A DNA stretch of 64,000 nucleotides from contig OY762654.1 of the NCBI GenBank assembly GCA_963666205.1, positions 383,899-447,898 of the forward strand, in the 5' to 3' direction. The stretch's first letter is position 1. Each line of letters opens with the position of its first letter. The DNA comes from Synergistales bacterium. GTDB taxonomy: Bacteria; Synergistota; Synergistia; Synergistales; JAFGMB01. A program made the translations under genes and the position numbers. The notes beneath the pieces were generated by a model that was not told where the DNA came from, ran no database searches, and worked only from the letters and a program-made list of their open reading frames with translations. Shown here piece after piece: positions 62,608 through 64,000 of this stretch.

Positions 62608-64000
62608 ATGCTCCTGAGAAAACCTGGAAGATATCTTTCAACTATGATTTTAATTGTTCTTATTATGTTTATATCCAGATCGGCTACGGGAATAACAAGG
62701 GGAAGACTTCTAAAAGAAGTCTTCGATTCTCTTGGTATACCTCCTACATCTGACAGTATCTCTTATTCAGATGTCTCGTCCAACCATCAATTTTTCAATT
62801 ATATCCAAACAGCCAGAGCACTTGGAATAATTTTCCCTGGAGATCGATTCCATCCTGATATGGAGATCACAAGAGCAGAAAGCATAATGTTCATTTTCAA
62901 TTCAATGGGCTGGGCTCATGAAGCGCAATTGGCTGGACTATTGAATGATCCCTACACAGGAAACATACCACCCTACATATCCCCATACCTGGTTCTTGGT
63001 GGGCAAGTTCAACCACCCGTTCCTGAAAATCTACTGAAGAATCCTGCTCAAAACCTTCAGAATGATGATCTTGCATCAATTATGCAATGGATCAAAAGAT
63101 GCAGACAGGAAATTATATGGCATATGGAGCTTATCGAACAGGGAATAACACTTATAATCCATAGGGAGGGAATTGGAACACCACCTGAAACATGGTCCAT
63201 ACAGATAAATGAATTTGAGGACATAATCAAAGCAAGATCTATTAAGAAAAAACTTGATCAAATGGGGCTGGAAACCTATATTACTCATGATGGATGCTCC
63301 TATATCCTCTTTCTGGGGCCCTTTGATCACTATGCCAAAGCATGGGAGATTCTCAAGAAAATACCCGCCACATATTCAGGAAACATTGTTCCTACAGGCA
63401 AACAGTCCAGCAACGCTCTTTTCTGGACTGCGCTCGTATCGACTCCATCCAGGGAAAGATTATCTATAATTACAGCACCCCAGATAGGGGGGTACAGACT
63501 ACCCTTATCTCATATGGCAAGAAATGCTGAAGCCATTGGAGCTGTAAACGGAGGATATTTTGTACGCAGATATCCAATTGGAACACTGGTTGAAAACAAC
63601 TTTCCCCTTTCTGCTCCTTATGGCAAAAGAAGTGCGGTAGCATGGAATTCAAATGGTGACATGAAATTTTCCAATGGATTTTTCAGAACCTTCGTAAGAC
63701 TCAAAGACAGAGAGATCCCGATAACATCAATTAACCAGGCGCCTGGAATGGATTCCATGGCTCTTTTTACAAGACTCTGGGGAACATTCGCTACATCCAT
63801 ACCTGATGACGCCATGGAATTGACAGTCAAAAGAGATAAAGTAACCGCCCGAAAACAGTCCTCCATGTCCAACCACTTTCTGCCAGAAGATGGATACCTG
63901 TTGGTAGCTAGGGGGAATGCAAGCCCTCTTCTTGAACAGATCAGTATCAACTCCCCAGTAGGACTAACTCTAAGGTGGGATGATAATTCCATGGAGCCCT
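62608..64000 (+). CDS. Exported SLH + SPOR + phosphodiester glycosidase (NAGPA-like) protein, 3' end runs off window; absent from ORF track
   Basis: Manual translation from ATG 62608 (GGAGG RBS): signal peptide; SLH-like YSDV..H..IQTARALGII...FHPD..ITRAE; SPOR-like WSIQ..F...LGPF; AIGAVNGGYF..PIG..RSAVAW. Confidence 0.8.
   Translation, partial: MLLRKPGRYLSTMILIVLIMFISRSATGITRGRLLKEVFDSLGIPPTSDSISYSDVSSNHQFFNYIQTARALGIIFPGDRFHPDMEITRAESIMFIFNSMGWAHEAQLAGLLNDPYTGNIPPYISPYLVLGGQVQPPVPENLLKNPAQNLQNDDLASIMQWIKRCRQEIIWHMELIEQGITLIIHREGIGTPPETWSIQINEFEDIIKARSIKKKLDQMGLETYITHDGCSYILFLGPFDHYAKAWEILKKIPATYSGNIVPTGKQSSNALFWTALVSTPSRERLSIITAPQIGGYRLPLSHMARNAEAIGAVNGGYFVRRYPIGTLVENNFPLSAPYGKRSAVAWNSNGDMKFSNGFFRTFVRLKDREIPITSINQAPGMDSMALFTRLWGTFATSIPDDAMELTVKRDKVTARKQSSMSNHFLPEDGYLLVARGNASPLLEQISINSPVGLTLRWDDNSMEP

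Overview
A 64 kb core-genome segment, almost entirely on the minus strand, from a diderm anaerobe. The combination of Lpt genes, a T-box, a CIRCE element, Rex, a Na+-type membrane pyrophosphatase and an SLH protein suggests Synergistota; this is inferred, not searched. Content in order: tRNA/rRNA modification and translation genes (sua5/tsaC, tgt, tatD, metG, rsmI, trmN6), smc, RNase E/G, the uncharacterised TIGR03960/TIGR03936 radical-SAM pair, the mre/min cell-shape cluster, radC, dtd-rel-recJ, yajC-secDF, rex, eno, dnaG, hppA, guaA, CIRCE-controlled groESL, tsaD, murJ, lptAB, a Thr T-box-controlled thrC-thrB-'aspartokinase' operon, a class II aldolase, three tRNAs, a complete pstSCAB-phoU-phoB-phoR operon, a tandem-HD protein, a stand-alone speD and a partial SLH/SPOR/phosphodiester-glycosidase gene. 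I saw no mobile element, prophage, CRISPR array or defence island. The most unusual signal is the aspartokinase homologue. Its kinase domain is full length and open but has lost essentially all catalytic motifs, while its ACT region is well conserved and has its own internal RBS+ATG. This makes it a candidate pseudokinase or amino-acid sensor in a thr operon lacking hom. All calls come from motif recognition by eye, without database searches.
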